Positions 12,916 through 24,668 of a stretch of DNA of 64,000 nt are shown here, piece after piece; within the stretch, counting starts at the first letter, position 1; every line of letters starts with the position of its first letter. Under the pieces are notes generated by a model. The model saw only the letters and a program-made list of their open reading frames with translations. It had not been told where the DNA came from and made no database searches. The position numbers and the translations under genes are program-made. The DNA is from Escherichia coli. GTDB taxonomy: Bacteria; Pseudomonadota; Gammaproteobacteria; Enterobacterales; Enterobacteriaceae. Location: the NCBI RefSeq assembly GCF_003018235.1, contig NZ_CP027437.1. One strand, given 5' to 3'.

Positions 12916-14277
12916 ATGTTTGATAATTTAACCGATCGTTTGTCGCGCACGCTGCGCAATATCAGTGGCCGTGGACGCCTCACTGAAGACAACGTAAAAG
13001 ATACGCTGCGCGAAGTGCGCATGGCGCTGCTGGAGGCGGACGTCGCTCTGCCGGTAGTGCGTGAGTTTATCAATCGCGTAAAAGAGAAAGCGGTTGGTCA
13101 TGAAGTTAATAAGAGCCTGACGCCGGGGCAGGAGTTCGTCAAAATCGTCCGTAACGAACTGGTTGCGGCGATGGGCGAAGAGAACCAGACCCTGAATCTG
13201 GCTGCGCAACCGCCTGCGGTCGTGCTGATGGCAGGCCTGCAAGGTGCCGGTAAAACAACCAGCGTTGGTAAACTCGGTAAATTCCTGCGCGAGAAGCACA
13301 AGAAGAAAGTGCTGGTGGTTTCTGCTGACGTCTATCGCCCGGCGGCAATCAAACAGCTTGAGACGCTGGCAGAGCAGGTGGGCGTTGATTTCTTCCCTTC
13401 TGATGTTGGTCAGAAGCCGGTTGATATTGTTAACGCGGCGCTGAAAGAAGCCAAACTGAAATTCTACGACGTGCTGCTGGTGGATACCGCTGGTCGTCTG
13501 CACGTTGACGAAGCGATGATGGACGAGATCAAACAAGTCCATGCGTCGATTAACCCGGTTGAAACCCTGTTTGTGGTTGACGCCATGACCGGTCAGGATG
13601 CGGCCAATACGGCAAAAGCATTCAATGAAGCGTTACCGCTTACCGGCGTAGTGTTGACCAAAGTGGACGGCGATGCCCGCGGCGGTGCGGCGCTCTCTAT
13701 TCGTCACATCACTGGCAAACCGATCAAGTTCCTCGGTGTTGGCGAGAAAACTGAGGCGCTGGAGCCGTTCCATCCGGACCGCATCGCGTCGCGTATTCTC
13801 GGTATGGGCGACGTACTGTCACTGATCGAAGATATCGAAAGCAAAGTTGACCGCGCGCAGGCAGAGAAATTAGCCAGCAAGTTGAAAAAAGGCGACGGCT
13901 TCGATCTCAACGACTTCCTTGAGCAACTGCGCCAGATGAAAAATATGGGCGGCATGGCCAGCCTGATGGGCAAACTGCCGGGCATGGGGCAGATCCCGGA
14001 TAACGTCAAGTCGCAGATGGACGATAAAGTGCTGGTGCGTATGGAAGCCATCATCAACTCGATGACGATGAAAGAGCGCGCTAAGCCAGAAATCATCAAA
14101 GGTTCACGTAAGCGTCGTATCGCTGCCGGTTGCGGTATGCAGGTGCAGGACGTTAACCGCCTTCTGAAACAGTTCGACGACATGCAGCGCATGATGAAGA
14201 AAATGAAGAAGGGCGGAATGGCGAAGATGATGAGAAGCATGAAGGGTATGATGCCGCCGGGATTTCCTGGTCGCTAA
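12916..14277 (+). CDS. ffh: Signal recognition particle protein Ffh
   Basis: 453 aa; GLQGAGKTT P-loop; Met-rich M-domain C-terminus. Confidence 0.97.
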   Translation: MFDNLTDRLSRTLRNISGRGRLTEDNVKDTLREVRMALLEADVALPVVREFINRVKEKAVGHEVNKSLTPGQEFVKIVRNELVAAMGEENQTLNLAAQPPAVVLMAGLQGAGKTTSVGKLGKFLREKHKKKVLVVSADVYRPAAIKQLETLAEQVGVDFFPSDVGQKPVDIVNAALKEAKLKFYDVLLVDTAGRLHVDEAMMDEIKQVHASINPVETLFVVDAMTGQDAANTAKAFNEALPLTGVVLTKVDGDARGGAALSIRHITGKPIKFLGVGEKTEALEPFHPDRIASRILGMGDVLSLIEDIESKVDRAQAEKLASKLKKGDGFDLNDFLEQLRQMKNMGGMASLMGKLPGMGQIPDNVKSQMDDKVLVRMEAIINSMTMKERAKPEIIKGSRKRRIAAGCGMQVQDVNRLLKQFDDMQRMMKKMKKGGMAKMMRSMKGMMPPGFPGR

Positions 14278-14335
14278 ATGACCTTATGCGACAGAGTTAT
14301 TAACTGCTGATTGCATTTTCTCCAGAAATCAGTAA

Positions 14336-14662
<327 letters not shown>

Positions 14663-14680
14663 TCTGTCACGGTGGTCATG

Positions 14681-15229
14681 ATGAGCAAACAACTCACCGC
14701 GCAAGCACCTGTTGATCCCATCGTTTTGGGAAAAATGGGTTCGTCTTACGGTATTCGTGGGTGGCTCAGAGTGTTTTCTTCCACCGAAGACGCCGAAAGC
14801 ATTTTTGACTATCAGCCCTGGTTTATCCAGAAGGCGGGTCAGTGGCAGCAAGTCCAACTGGAAAGCTGGAAGCACCACAATCAGGACATGATCATCAAGC
14901 TGAAAGGCGTTGACGATCGTGATGCGGCGAACCTGCTGACGAATTGTGAAATTGTCGTAGATTCATCGCAGCTGCCTCAGCTTGAAGAGGGTGACTACTA
15001 CTGGAAAGACCTGATGGGCTGCCAGGTAGTAACCACTGAAGGCTACGATCTCGGTAAAGTCGTTGATATGATGGAAACCGGATCTAATGACGTTCTCGTC
15101 ATTAAGGCAAACCTGAAAGATGCGTTTGGTATCAAGGAACGTCTCGTACCGTTCCTCGATGGGCAGGTTATCAAGAAAGTCGATCTCACTACTCGTTCAA
15201 TTGAAGTAGATTGGGATCCTGGTTTTTAA
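14681..15229 (+). CDS. rimM: Ribosome maturation factor RimM
   Basis: [33 protein letters not shown]...; rpsP-rimM-trmD-rplS operon order. Confidence 0.95.
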
Positions 15230-15259
15230 ACCACCGGATAAACGGTAAAAGACGGCGCT

Positions 15260-16027
15260 ATGTGGATTGGCATAATTAGCCTGTTTCCTGAAATGTTCCG
15301 CGCAATTACCGATTACGGGGTAACTGGCCGGGCAGTTAAAAATGGCCTGCTGAGCATCCAGAGCTGGAGTCCTCGCGACTTCACGCATGACCGGCACCGT
15401 ACCGTGGACGATCGTCCTTACGGCGGCGGACCGGGGATGTTAATGATGGTGCAACCCTTGCGGGACGCCATTCATGCAGCAAAAGCCGCGGCGGGTGAAG
15501 GCGCAAAGGTGATTTATCTGTCACCACAGGGACGCAAGCTTGATCAAGCGGGCGTCAGCGAACTGGCAACGAATCAAAAATTGATTCTGGTGTGCGGTCG
15601 CTACGAAGGTATAGATGAGCGCGTGATCCAAACCGAAATTGACGAAGAATGGTCAATCGGCGATTACGTTCTCAGTGGTGGTGAGTTACCAGCAATGACG
15701 CTGATTGACTCCGTTTCCCGGTTTATTCCGGGAGTACTGGGACATGAAGCTTCGGCAACGGAAGATTCCTTTGCTGAAGGATTGCTGGATTGCCCGCACT
15801 ATACGCGGCCTGAGGTGTTAGAAGGAATGGAAGTTCCGCCAGTGTTACTGTCGGGCAACCATGCCGAGATACGTCGCTGGCGTTTGAAACAGTCGCTGGG
15901 CCGTACCTGGCTTAGAAGACCTGAACTTCTGGAAAACCTGGCTCTGACTGAAGAGCAAGCAAGGTTGCTGGCGGAGTTCAAAAAGGAACACGCACAACAG
16001 CAACATAAACATGATGGGATGGCGTAA
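15260..16027 (+). CDS. trmD: tRNA (guanine37-N1)-methyltransferase TrmD
   Basis: 255 aa, SPOUT-fold motifs. Confidence 0.97.
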   Translation: MWIGIISLFPEMFRAITDYGVTGRAVKNGLLSIQSWSPRDFTHDRHRTVDDRPYGGGPGMLMMVQPLRDAIHAAKAAAGEGAKVIYLSPQGRKLDQAGVSELATNQKLILVCGRYEGIDERVIQTEIDEEWSIGDYVLSGGELPAMTLIDSVSRFIPGVLGHEASATEDSFAEGLLDCPHYTRPEVLEGMEVPPVLLSGNHAEIRRWRLKQSLGRTWLRRPELLENLALTEEQARLLAEFKKEHAQQQHKHDGMA

Positions 16028-16065
16028 GCCCCCGAGATATCAGTTTACCCAGGATAAGAGATTAA

Positions 16066-16416
<351 letters not shown>

Positions 16417-16444
16417 GATTTCGCTTAAGCGACATCCTGTTAAG

Positions 16445-16474
16445 AAGGGCTGGCCAATTGGCTGGCCCTTTTTT
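16445..16474 (+). terminator. Rho-independent terminator after rplS (bidirectional, also ends yfiB)
   Basis: AAGGGCTGGCCAATTGGCTGGCCCTT hairpin followed by T-run. Confidence 0.6.
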
Positions 16475-16490
16475 ATCTGTTTGCTCGTGT

Positions 16491-16973
16491 TTAAGGGGTA
16501 GTAATCACCACTGCGACGCGGCGGTTCTCGGCGCGGCCCTGGGCGGTCTTGTTACTGGCTATGGGATATTTTTTTCCTAACCCCTGTGTGGTGAGATTGC
16601 TGCGCGGAATTTGTCCACCCATAGCCCATGCATCGGCCACGACATTCGCCCGTTTCAATGATAAGCCTTCGTTGTAACTGTCTTCACCATAGTTATCGGT
16701 GTGTCCATCCATACGGGCATGTGTTAGCCCTGTCGAGGCCAATTTGGCTGCCATGGTTTGGATCTGTTGCTGGCTTTCCGGGAGCAATTTGTAGTCATTT
16801 TTTGCGAACAGAATGGCATCTGATAAGCCCAGCGACCAGTCGCCGGCGGATTCAGTAAATCCATAAGATTGCATAGCGGCAACTTGCTCAGGAGTAAACT
16901 TTCCCTGAGGGGACTGGCAGCCAGTCAGTATTAGCGAGGTGAAAATCAGGGGTACTACCAGGTGCTTTATCAT
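16491..16973 (-). CDS. yfiB: OmpA-family lipoprotein YfiB
   Basis: 160 aa; lipobox LTGC; OmpA-like C-terminal domain; yfiRNB operon. Confidence 0.9.
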   Translation of the reverse strand: MIKHLVVPLIFTSLILTGCQSPQGKFTPEQVAAMQSYGFTESAGDWSLGLSDAILFAKNDYKLLPESQQQIQTMAAKLASTGLTHARMDGHTDNYGEDSYNEGLSLKRANVVADAWAMGGQIPRSNLTTQGLGKKYPIASNKTAQGRAENRRVAVVITTP

Positions 16974-16988
16974 ATCGATATATCCTTG

Positions 16989-18215
16989 TTATCTCACCAG
17001 CTTTTCGGCACGCTGGTGTTTGGCCTGATACATATTGTGATCGGCCAGCTCTTGTAATTTTTCCGCAGAGGCATGCTCAATGGTCATCGCGTAACCAATG
17101 CTTAATGTCATGGTGGTCTGATGACCATTATGAAGATCAAACGGGCGATTAAAGATTTGTGTCAGTGCTGAGCAAATCCGCTGAACTTCGGATTCCGACT
17201 GTACACCAAAGAGGACCATCGCAAATTCATCGCCGCCTATGCGGTATGCTTTATGTTGCAGCCCGCCAAATTCAGCTAACCGTTTTGCTACCTCAATCAA
17301 GACACGATCGCCCGTCGCATGACCCCAGGTATCATTGATATATTTGAAATTATCGCCATCAAGAAATAGTAACGCCGACGTTTTTCGGGCGTCGGAACTG
17401 CTCATCAACGTGTTGATGCCGCTACGAAACGCTGCGCGGTTAGCCAGCCCGGTTAATGGGTCATGTAGCGCGGTACGTAGAAGCTGCGCATTTTTGGCCT
17501 GTAAACGAAGCTGCCACTCTTCCATTTCATCCAGCAGACTGTTGAAGTCGAGTGCGAAGCGGTGAAATTCTGCAATGCGTTCTTCCGAAACTCGTCGGGA
17601 AAAATTGCGGTTGGAACGTACGTCATGCACGACATCGGTGATATTTTTCAATGCTTCCACCAGGCCATTGTGCAAATGGCGGGTGAGGGTAATTGCGATG
17701 CCTGATGCCAGCAGAATACAACCGGTCAGTACAGCGAGCGAAAACCAGATAAAATGGCTGATTGAACTGTCGCGAGCGGTTAAGCGTACTTCGCCAATGG
17801 TTTCACCATTGTGACGAATCGGCTGAATGATGGGGGCAGGGAAGAGCCAGTGGCTTATGAAATTGCTTAAAGTATCGCCTGGATCCTTACGGGTGTAATG
17901 CCAGGATGCCAGAATATTTTGCTGCTTATCACGTACTTCTGCAGTTGAAAATTGCCCTTGCTGGCCCAGCGCTGCCAGTGTTTCAGTTGCTGCAGGGCCA
18001 TCGGCAAAAACGACAGCTGCTTCCAGACTGTAAGTCATTGTTGCTGCTGTCAGTGCCAGGTTTTTTTGCGCGTACTGTTTCAGGGTCAGCACCGAGGTCA
18101 CGGAAAGCAGCAACCAGATCAGCATCATAGTGATAAATATGCTGGTCATACTGATGTTGCGTAATGCTCTTTTAAACGTGGGGCGCTTATTAAGAGAATT
18201 ATCGTTATCCATCAT
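16989..18215 (-). CDS. dgcN: Diguanylate cyclase DgcN (YfiN)
   Basis: 408 aa; two TM segments, HAMP, GGDEF domain (RIGGDEF motif). Confidence 0.9.
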
Positions 18216-18723
18216 TTTTCTTCCGTGCGAGCATCAAGACATCCGGGTTGACCTTTACACCGCTACGCGATAAGGCATCCAGGTTTACGGCAAATCTGAC
18301 GTCATTATTGTGGATGATCAGACAAAAGGCGCTACCAATAATGCACTCGGTATTTTGTTCGGCAATTAATAATAACGCCTTTGACGGATATTGTTCGGTT
18401 AATTCCATCTGGAATGTCGGTGACTCGTTGCCAAAATAAAAACCATTGCAGCCTGAAATCATCGCCTCTTGTTGAGTGTGAATGATGACAGGCAGATAAG
18501 GCAAAGATGTCGCGGCATTCTCTTGTAGGGCGGTACTAAAACGTGAAGATGAAAAGATACATAACTTTGGTGGCCCTGATAGCGCAGGCCAGCGGGTGTA
18601 ACTGACAATACCGGAAACCATCATACGCACGTTTTTCGCAACGTCAGAAGGCTCCTGAGCGAGTATTGGTGCTCCCGTCAGCAGGAGAATCAGAAGTAAG
18701 AACAGTCGGTGAGAAAAACGCAT
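18205..18723 (-). CDS. yfiR: Periplasmic repressor of DgcN, YfiR
   Basis: 172 aa with signal peptide; first gene of the yfiRNB operon. Confidence 0.9.
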
Positions 18724-18872
18724 TCAGGGATCCTCACCATCTTCGCTCGAAATGCATCGATATTTTTTCAGAATGCTCATTAAAATATCATTCTTTCATG
18801 CGGTCGTCATCAATGTGAGAAATAAAACACAATGAGTAAAATCTCATGCTTAATTTATTTGCGGGGGTTTAA

Positions 18873-19238
18873 TTAATTTAATCGTATTGTGCTGGCATTT
18901 TCATCAGCCCCTTTTTGCCATACTTCATGCAGTTGACTGGCATTTTCAACATTGTTGCAGCTGGCAGGAAAGCTTTTACCGGAAAGGCCCCGGGCATAAG
19001 TAAAATCGGTCTGGCAAGTTTTCTTTTGTCCTTCGGCATATCCTTTAAGGTATAGACCGCGATCCGCCTGTGAATCGCTAAATGCATCGTCATCTTTTAT
19101 GGTGCTGCCCGATATCGCATCTTCCATACCGACATCATACCAGTCGGTGCTGGTCAAGGTTGGCGCGTGAGTATAAGGATCAATCTGACATCCGCTAACC
19201 AGTAAAGCCAACAAGGGGGCGATAAACTTTTTCATCAT
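18873..19238 (-). CDS. yfiL: Lipoprotein YfiL
   Basis: MMKKFIAPLLALLVSGCQ lipobox; ~121 aa from internal Met. Confidence 0.8.
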   Translation of the reverse strand: MMKKFIAPLLALLVSGCQIDPYTHAPTLTSTDWYDVGMEDAISGSTIKDDDAFSDSQADRGLYLKGYAEGQKKTCQTDFTYARGLSGKSFPASCNNVENASQLHEVWQKGADENASTIRLN

Positions 19239-19283
19239 TTCTTTCTCCTTTTTCAAAGCATAGCTGATTGTTTTTAAAGGAGG

Positions 19284-19375
19284 TGTAAATTTATTTGTAC
19301 GAAATAAACATCAAAAGCGCGAGTAAATTGTTCATGTAAAGAAAAATGTACGAAATATGGATTGAAAACTTTACT
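19284..19375 (+). promoter_or_regulatory. Three TyrR boxes upstream of aroF
   Basis: TGTAAATTTATTTGTACG (19284-19301), TGTAAAGAAAAATGTACG (19335-19352), TGGATTGAAAACTTTACT (19358-19375); TGTAAA-N6-TTTACA-like. Confidence 0.5.
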
Positions 19376-19446
19376 TTATGTGTTATCGTTACGTCATCCT
19401 CGCTGAGGATCAACTATCGCAAACGAGCATAAACAGGATCGCCATC

Positions 19447-20517
19447 ATGCAAAAAGACGCGCTGAATAACGTACATATTACCGACGAACAGGTTTTAATG
19501 ACTCCGGAACAACTGAAGGCCGCTTTTCCATTGAGCCTGCAACAAGAAGCCCAGATTGCTGACTCGCGTAAAACCATTTCAGATATTATCGCCGGGCGCG
19601 ATCCTCGTCTGTTGGTAGTATGTGGTCCTTGTTCCATTCATGATCCGGAAACTGCTCTGGAATATGCTCGTCGATTTAAAGCCCTTGCCGCAGAGGTCAG
19701 CGATAGCCTCTATCTGGTAATGCGCGTCTATTTTGAAAAACCCCGTACCACTGTCGGCTGGAAAGGGTTAATTAACGATCCCCATATGGATGGCTCTTTT
19801 GATGTAGAAGCCGGGCTGCAGATCGCGCGTAAATTGCTGCTTGAGCTGGTGAATATGGGACTGCCACTGGCGACGGAAGCGTTAGATCCGAATAGCCCGC
19901 AATACCTGGGCGATCTGTTTAGCTGGTCAGCCATTGGTGCTCGTACAACGGAATCGCAAACTCACCGTGAAATGGCCTCCGGGCTTTCCATGCCGGTTGG
20001 TTTTAAAAACGGCACCGACGGCAGTCTGGCAACAGCAATTAACGCTATGCGCGCCGCCGCCCAGCCGCACCGTTTTGTTGGCATTAACCAGGCAGGGCAG
20101 GTGGCGTTGCTACAAACTCAGGGGAATCCGGATGGGCATGTGATCCTGCGCGGTGGTAAAGCGCCGAACTATAGCCCTGCGGATGTTGCGCAATGTGAAA
20201 AAGAGATGGAACAGGCGGGACTGCGCCCGTCTCTGATGGTAGATTGCAGCCACGGTAATTCCAATAAAGATTATCGCCGTCAGCCTGCGGTGGCAGAATC
20301 CGTGGTTGCTCAAATCAAAGATGGCAATCGCTCAATTATTGGTCTGATGATCGAAAGTAATATCCACGAGGGCAATCAGTCTTCCGAGCAACCGCGCAGT
20401 GAAATGAAATACGGTGTATCCGTAACCGATGCCTGCATTAGTTGGGAAATGACCGATGCCTTGCTGCGTGAAATTCATCAGGATCTGAACGGGCAGCTGA
20501 CGGCTCGCGTGGCTTAA
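19447..20517 (+). CDS. aroF: DAHP synthase, Tyr-sensitive
   Basis: 356 aa from [25 protein letters not shown]... Confidence 0.95.
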   Translation: MQKDALNNVHITDEQVLMTPEQLKAAFPLSLQQEAQIADSRKTISDIIAGRDPRLLVVCGPCSIHDPETALEYARRFKALAAEVSDSLYLVMRVYFEKPRTTVGWKGLINDPHMDGSFDVEAGLQIARKLLLELVNMGLPLATEALDPNSPQYLGDLFSWSAIGARTTESQTHREMASGLSMPVGFKNGTDGSLATAINAMRAAAQPHRFVGINQAGQVALLQTQGNPDGHVILRGGKAPNYSPADVAQCEKEMEQAGLRPSLMVDCSHGNSNKDYRRQPAVAESVVAQIKDGNRSIIGLMIESNIHEGNQSSEQPRSEMKYGVSVTDACISWEMTDALLREIHQDLNGQLTARVA

Positions 20518-20527
20518 GAGGTTTATT

Positions 20528-21649
20528 ATGGTTGCTGAATTGACCGCATTACGCGATCAAATTGATGAAGTCGATAAAGCGCTGCTGAATTTATTAGCGA
20601 AGCGTCTGGAACTGGTTGCTGAAGTGGGAGAGGTGAAAAGCCGCTTTGGACTGCCTATTTATGTTCCGGAGCGAGAGGCATCTATGCTGGCCTCGCGTCG
20701 TGCAGAGGCGGAAGCTCTGGGTGTACCGCCAGATCTGATTGAGGATGTTTTGCGTCGGGTGATGCGTGAATCTTACTCCAGTGAAAACGACAAAGGATTT
20801 AAAACGCTTTGTCCGTCACTGCGTCCGGTGGTTATCGTCGGTGGTGGCGGTCAGATGGGACGTCTGTTCGAGAAGATGCTGGCACTCTCGGGTTATCAGG
20901 TGCGGATTCTGGAGCAACATGACTGGGATCGAGCGGCTGATATTGTTGCCGATGCCGGAATGGTGATTGTTAGTGTGCCCATCCACGTTACTGAACAAGT
21001 TATTGGCAAATTACCGCCTTTACCGAAAGATTGTATTCTGGTTGATCTGGCATCGGTGAAAAATGGACCATTACAGGCCATGCTGGCGGCGCATGATGGT
21101 CCGGTGCTGGGGTTACACCCGATGTTCGGCCCGGACAGCGGTAGCCTGGCAAAGCAAGTTGTGGTCTGGTGTGATGGACGTAAGCCGGAAGCATACCAAT
21201 GGTTTCTGGAGCAAATTCAGGTCTGGGGCGCTCGGCTGCATCGTATTAGCGCCGTCGAGCACGATCAGAATATGGCGTTTATTCAGGCTCTGCGCCACTT
21301 TGCTACTTTTGCTTATGGGCTGCACCTGGCAGAAGAAAATGTTCAGCTTGAGCAACTTCTGGCACTTTCTTCGCCGATTTACCGCCTTGAGCTGGCGATG
21401 GTCGGGCGACTGTTTGCTCAGGATCCGCAGCTTTATGCCGACATCATTATGTCGTCAGAGCGTAATCTGGCGTTGATCAAACGTTATTATAAGCGTTTCG
21501 GCGAGGCGATTGAGTTGCTGGAGCAGGGCGATAAGCAGGCGTTTATTGACAGTTTCCGCAAGGTGGAGCACTGGTTCGGCGATTACGCACAGCGTTTTCA
21601 GAGTGAAAGCCGCGTGTTATTGCGTCAGGCGAATGACAGTCGCCAGTAA
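20528..21649 (+). CDS. tyrA: Chorismate mutase / prephenate dehydrogenase (T-protein)
   Basis: 373 aa [34 protein letters not shown]... Confidence 0.95.
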   Translation: MVAELTALRDQIDEVDKALLNLLAKRLELVAEVGEVKSRFGLPIYVPEREASMLASRRAEAEALGVPPDLIEDVLRRVMRESYSSENDKGFKTLCPSLRPVVIVGGGGQMGRLFEKMLALSGYQVRILEQHDWDRAADIVADAGMVIVSVPIHVTEQVIGKLPPLPKDCILVDLASVKNGPLQAMLAAHDGPVLGLHPMFGPDSGSLAKQVVVWCDGRKPEAYQWFLEQIQVWGARLHRISAVEHDQNMAFIQALRHFATFAYGLHLAEENVQLEQLLALSSPIYRLELAMVGRLFAQDPQLYADIIMSSERNLALIKRYYKRFGEAIELLEQGDKQAFIDSFRKVEHWFGDYAQRFQSESRVLLRQANDSRQ

Positions 21650-21691
21650 TAATCCAGTGCCGGGTGGCGTGTTTCACCCGGCACGATTTCA

Positions 21692-22852
21692 TTATGCCGG
21701 ATCGACTGGTACCACATTCTCGCTTGGGTAACAGCCCAGGACTTTCATCGAGCGAGTGATTTCACCTAGCTCTTTCAACGCCTGTTGCATTTCCGCTGAT
21801 TCCAGATTGGCCTGAATATCCAGATAAAACATCTCTTCCCACGGGTTTCCGTGAATCGGGCGTGATTCCAGACGGGTCATAATCAGATTGTGGTTGCGCA
21901 GTACCAGCAACGCTTCAACCAGCGCACCAGCTTGTTGGCCGGTCGCCATTAACAACGTCGTTTTCGCCGGAACCTGGTCAGAAACGTTAATGGCTTTACG
22001 TGCCAACACCACAAATCGGGTGAAGTTTTGTCGCTGATTCGCTTCAATACGCTCCAGTACCTGCAAACCGTACAAAGTGCCGCCAGCTTCGCTTCCCAAC
22101 GCAGCAATATGCGGTGATTTTGCCTGTGCAACCTTTTCCATTGCCGCAGACGTACTTTCGGTATATTCAATCTTCCAGTGTGGATAACGATTAAGGAATT
22201 TGCTGCATTGCTGGAATGGCTGCGGATGGCTGTAGACCGTATTAATGGTGGATAAATCAGTAGTGCCGGAGACCAACAAACAATGGTCGATAGTTAACGT
22301 CATCTCGCCAACAATCGACAAACTGGTATGTTGCAGCAGATCGTAAACGTCGTTTATGGCACCGGAGCTGGTATTTTCAATCGGTACGACGGCATAGTCG
22401 GCCTGGCCGGTTTCCACCTGATTAAAAATATCGGCAAATTTGGCGCAGCCACTTTCAATGAATTGCTCAAAGTGACGGGCAGCGTACTGACGAGCGGCAA
22501 GATGTGAATAGGAGCCTTTGGGGCCGAGAAAAGCAATGCGGGCAGAGTGTGGATTAATTTTATTGAGATGTTGCTGGAGCAAAGCCTGCTGAGTTAATAC
22601 GGAATCTTCAATGATGAGCTGGAACAGGCGAGTAATGTAATGGGCGTCCAGATGGTGCGCTTTACCGAGCGTAATTAATCTTTCCAGTAAATCGCGTTCA
22701 CGATCAATATCACGTACCGGGCGATGCGAGAGCAGTTTGGCTTTTCCCACCTCGACGGCCAGTTCGCGCCGCTCTGCGAGTAATGCTAATAATTTTTCAT
22801 CCAGCGCGCTGATTTTCTCTCGCAGCGCCAGTAACGGGTTTTCCGATGTCAT
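21692..22852 (-). CDS. pheA: Chorismate mutase / prephenate dehydratase (P-protein)
   Basis: 386 aa [36 protein letters not shown]... Confidence 0.95.
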   Translation of the reverse strand: MTSENPLLALREKISALDEKLLALLAERRELAVEVGKAKLLSHRPVRDIDRERDLLERLITLGKAHHLDAHYITRLFQLIIEDSVLTQQALLQQHLNKINPHSARIAFLGPKGSYSHLAARQYAARHFEQFIESGCAKFADIFNQVETGQADYAVVPIENTSSGAINDVYDLLQHTSLSIVGEMTLTIDHCLLVSGTTDLSTINTVYSHPQPFQQCSKFLNRYPHWKIEYTESTSAAMEKVAQAKSPHIAALGSEAGGTLYGLQVLERIEANQRQNFTRFVVLARKAINVSDQVPAKTTLLMATGQQAGALVEALLVLRNHNLIMTRLESRPIHGNPWEEMFYLDIQANLESAEMQQALKELGEITRSMKVLGCYPSENVVPVDPA

Positions 22853-22874
22853 AGTGTTGCCTTTTTGTTATCAA

Positions 22875-22903
22875 TAAAAAAGGCCCCCCGATTTGGGAGG
22901 CCT
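22875..22903 (-). terminator. pheA attenuator terminator
   Basis: On the minus strand AGGCCTCCCAAATCGGGGGGCCT hairpin followed by TTTTTT, between the pheL stop and pheA start. Confidence 0.6.
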
Positions 22904-22950
22904 TATTGTTCGTCTTCGCATTCTGTTTCACACGACGAAACGCCTCCCAT

Positions 22951-22998
22951 TCAGGGGAAGGTAAAAAAGAATGCGAAGAAAAACGGTGTGTGTTTCAT
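22951..22998 (-). CDS. pheL: pheA leader peptide
   Basis: Encodes MKHTPFFFAFFFTFP* (Phe-rich 15-aa leader). Confidence 0.9.
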   Translation of the reverse strand: MKHTPFFFAFFFTFP

Positions 22999-23163
22999 GT
23001 TTGTTTCCTTAAGTGACTTCAGTACAGTACCCGTACTGTTTTCACGCTGTCAACAAAAAACGCGCCCGAAGGTGCTTTAATGAGGAGTGCCGCTTCTTTA
23101 TGTCTGTGAATTATCAACAACTTACGGGGAAACATAACCGCAAGAAGCGACAAGAAATTACAA

Positions 23164-24168
23164 CTATATGGACAGATTATGGACGCTTTCAGCCAGTGGA
23201 TTAAAGCTTATAGCATCCTGTAAAAAATCCGGTGCAAAATGCGCATATGTCATTGTTTGCTGGATAGTTGAATGTCCAAGAATCCGTTGAAGTGTTACTA
23301 TATTTCCTCCATTCATCATAAAGTGTGTTGCAAACGTATGCCGCATAACATGAGTTGCCTGTCCTTTGGGCAGATCTGGTTTTACTTCCTTTAGTGCTCG
23401 TCGAAAGTTTGTGTAATTAACATTAAACAATGCACCAGATTGTTTTATCTTGATGAGCTTTATAACTTCTTCGGATATAGGTATGGCGCGGGGTTTATTG
23501 GTTTTTGTCTGATTAAACATAACTCTGTTTCCCACAATATTTTCTCCCCGTAGTTTTGTTGCCTCTCCCCACCTTGCTCCTGTCGAAAGACACAGAATCG
23601 CTATTCGTTTGTTATCTCCAGTAAGATGATTGAGCAAGCGATCAATCTCTTCGTTTGATAAAAACGACATATCTGATGGTACAATCCTCAACTTCCTCAG
23701 ACCATGTAGCGGATTTGCATGGTGGAATTCTTCAGCATTAATCAGCACTGAAAACATGGCTGAAAGTACGCAGAGATCCCTGTTTACCGTGTTGGGTGTC
23801 AGTCCTGCACTGAGTTTGTTTGCACGATAACTCAGAAGGAACTTTCTGGTTACACCGTTGGCTCTGGGATCTCCCATTTCTCTGATCACTTTATTCAGCC
23901 TTTGCAGGTATGTCTCACCATAAGGCTGATTTTGCCCGTCGAGCATCCACCACATTTCGGCAAGTTCGGAAAGATGGCGTTTGTCTGCGGGTTTTTCCAG
24001 CCATGGTTTGTTATGCATGTTCTGAAGAACATATTTTTCATAATCCTGCGCTTTCGACTTCAGGGTGAAAATTTTTCGAATCCGCTTCCCTTCCGCACCC
24101 TGAGGTCTGACATCAACCTGATAACGTCCGTCTTTGAGCTGCTTAATCGACATGATTAGCACCTCCAA
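23164..24168 (-). CDS. int: Tyrosine-recombinase integrase, P2-family-like
   Basis: C-terminal catalytic region ...ATHVMRHTFATHFMMNGGNIVTLQRILGHSTIQQTMTYAHFAP...; ILCLSTGARWGEA and TKTNKPR motifs as I recall in P2 Int; true start may be the Met at 24153. Confidence 0.9.
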   Translation of the reverse strand: MEVLIMSIKQLKDGRYQVDVRPQGAEGKRIRKIFTLKSKAQDYEKYVLQNMHNKPWLEKPADKRHLSELAEMWWMLDGQNQPYGETYLQRLNKVIREMGDPRANGVTRKFLLSYRANKLSAGLTPNTVNRDLCVLSAMFSVLINAEEFHHANPLHGLRKLRIVPSDMSFLSNEEIDRLLNHLTGDNKRIAILCLSTGARWGEATKLRGENIVGNRVMFNQTKTNKPRAIPISEEVIKLIKIKQSGALFNVNYTNFRRALKEVKPDLPKGQATHVMRHTFATHFMMNGGNIVTLQRILGHSTIQQTMTYAHFAPDFLQDAISFNPLAESVHNLSI

Positions 24169-24243
24169 CGGTATTTTGTTGCTTTAATACATTTCTGTAC
24201 CTTGTAATGTATTCAATATGCAGGCCAAACCAGCATCCTGGTG

Positions 24244-24567
24244 TTATTGGTGTGATTTTGAGTTTGTTGTAGTTGAATCCTGAGCGGCCTCCGATTCTCC
24301 AGAGCCATCAAGAGAGAGAGCCGGGGCGATCTGCCCGGCCTGAGGGAAGGTTTTGCCGTGCAGGAGCCACATTGTGTATTTTTCGAACAGTGAGCACTGT
24401 AATACACGGAGGGCGATATCTGCCCGGGCAGGTTGATGTCCTGTTTCATAACTCTTAACAGAACCAAGAGCTATACCTGTTATCTCGCTAAACTTTTGCT
24501 GGGTTATTTTTTCAGCACGTCTGATCGCTCGTAGTTTTTGAGCAAAATCCATTGACAAGGTATTCAT
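24244..24567 (-). CDS. Immunity repressor, P2 C-like (HTH)
   Basis: HTH FSEITGIALGSVKSYETG; C-terminal KYTMWLLHGK..GQIAPAL resembles P2 C (KYTLWFMTN..GQIAPAL) from memory; same strand as int. Confidence 0.7.
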   Translation of the reverse strand: MNTLSMDFAQKLRAIRRAEKITQQKFSEITGIALGSVKSYETGHQPARADIALRVLQCSLFEKYTMWLLHGKTFPQAGQIAPALSLDGSGESEAAQDSTTTNSKSHQ

Positions 24568-24668
24568 ATAACGACTATCCTTCTTTTGGTTGTTGATTAA
24601 CGACGTTTGCAATAGCTGACTATAGTCGACAGTAGCCAGCAAACGCACCAACGATGGAGGATAACAAA
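24568..24668. promoter_or_regulatory. Divergent promoter/operator region between repressor and cox-like gene
   Basis: 100-bp intergenic region with perfect palindrome GACTATAGTC (24618-24627) and a GACTAT half-site at 24573-24578. Confidence 0.4.

Noticed and set aside
12928-13542. 204-aa minus-strand ORF
   Set aside because: Lies entirely within ffh on the opposite strand; ffh is unambiguous.
23164-23600. raiA (ribosome-associated inhibitor A) expected next to pheL
   Set aside because: No ORF resembling RaiA is present; the space is occupied by the prophage integrase.
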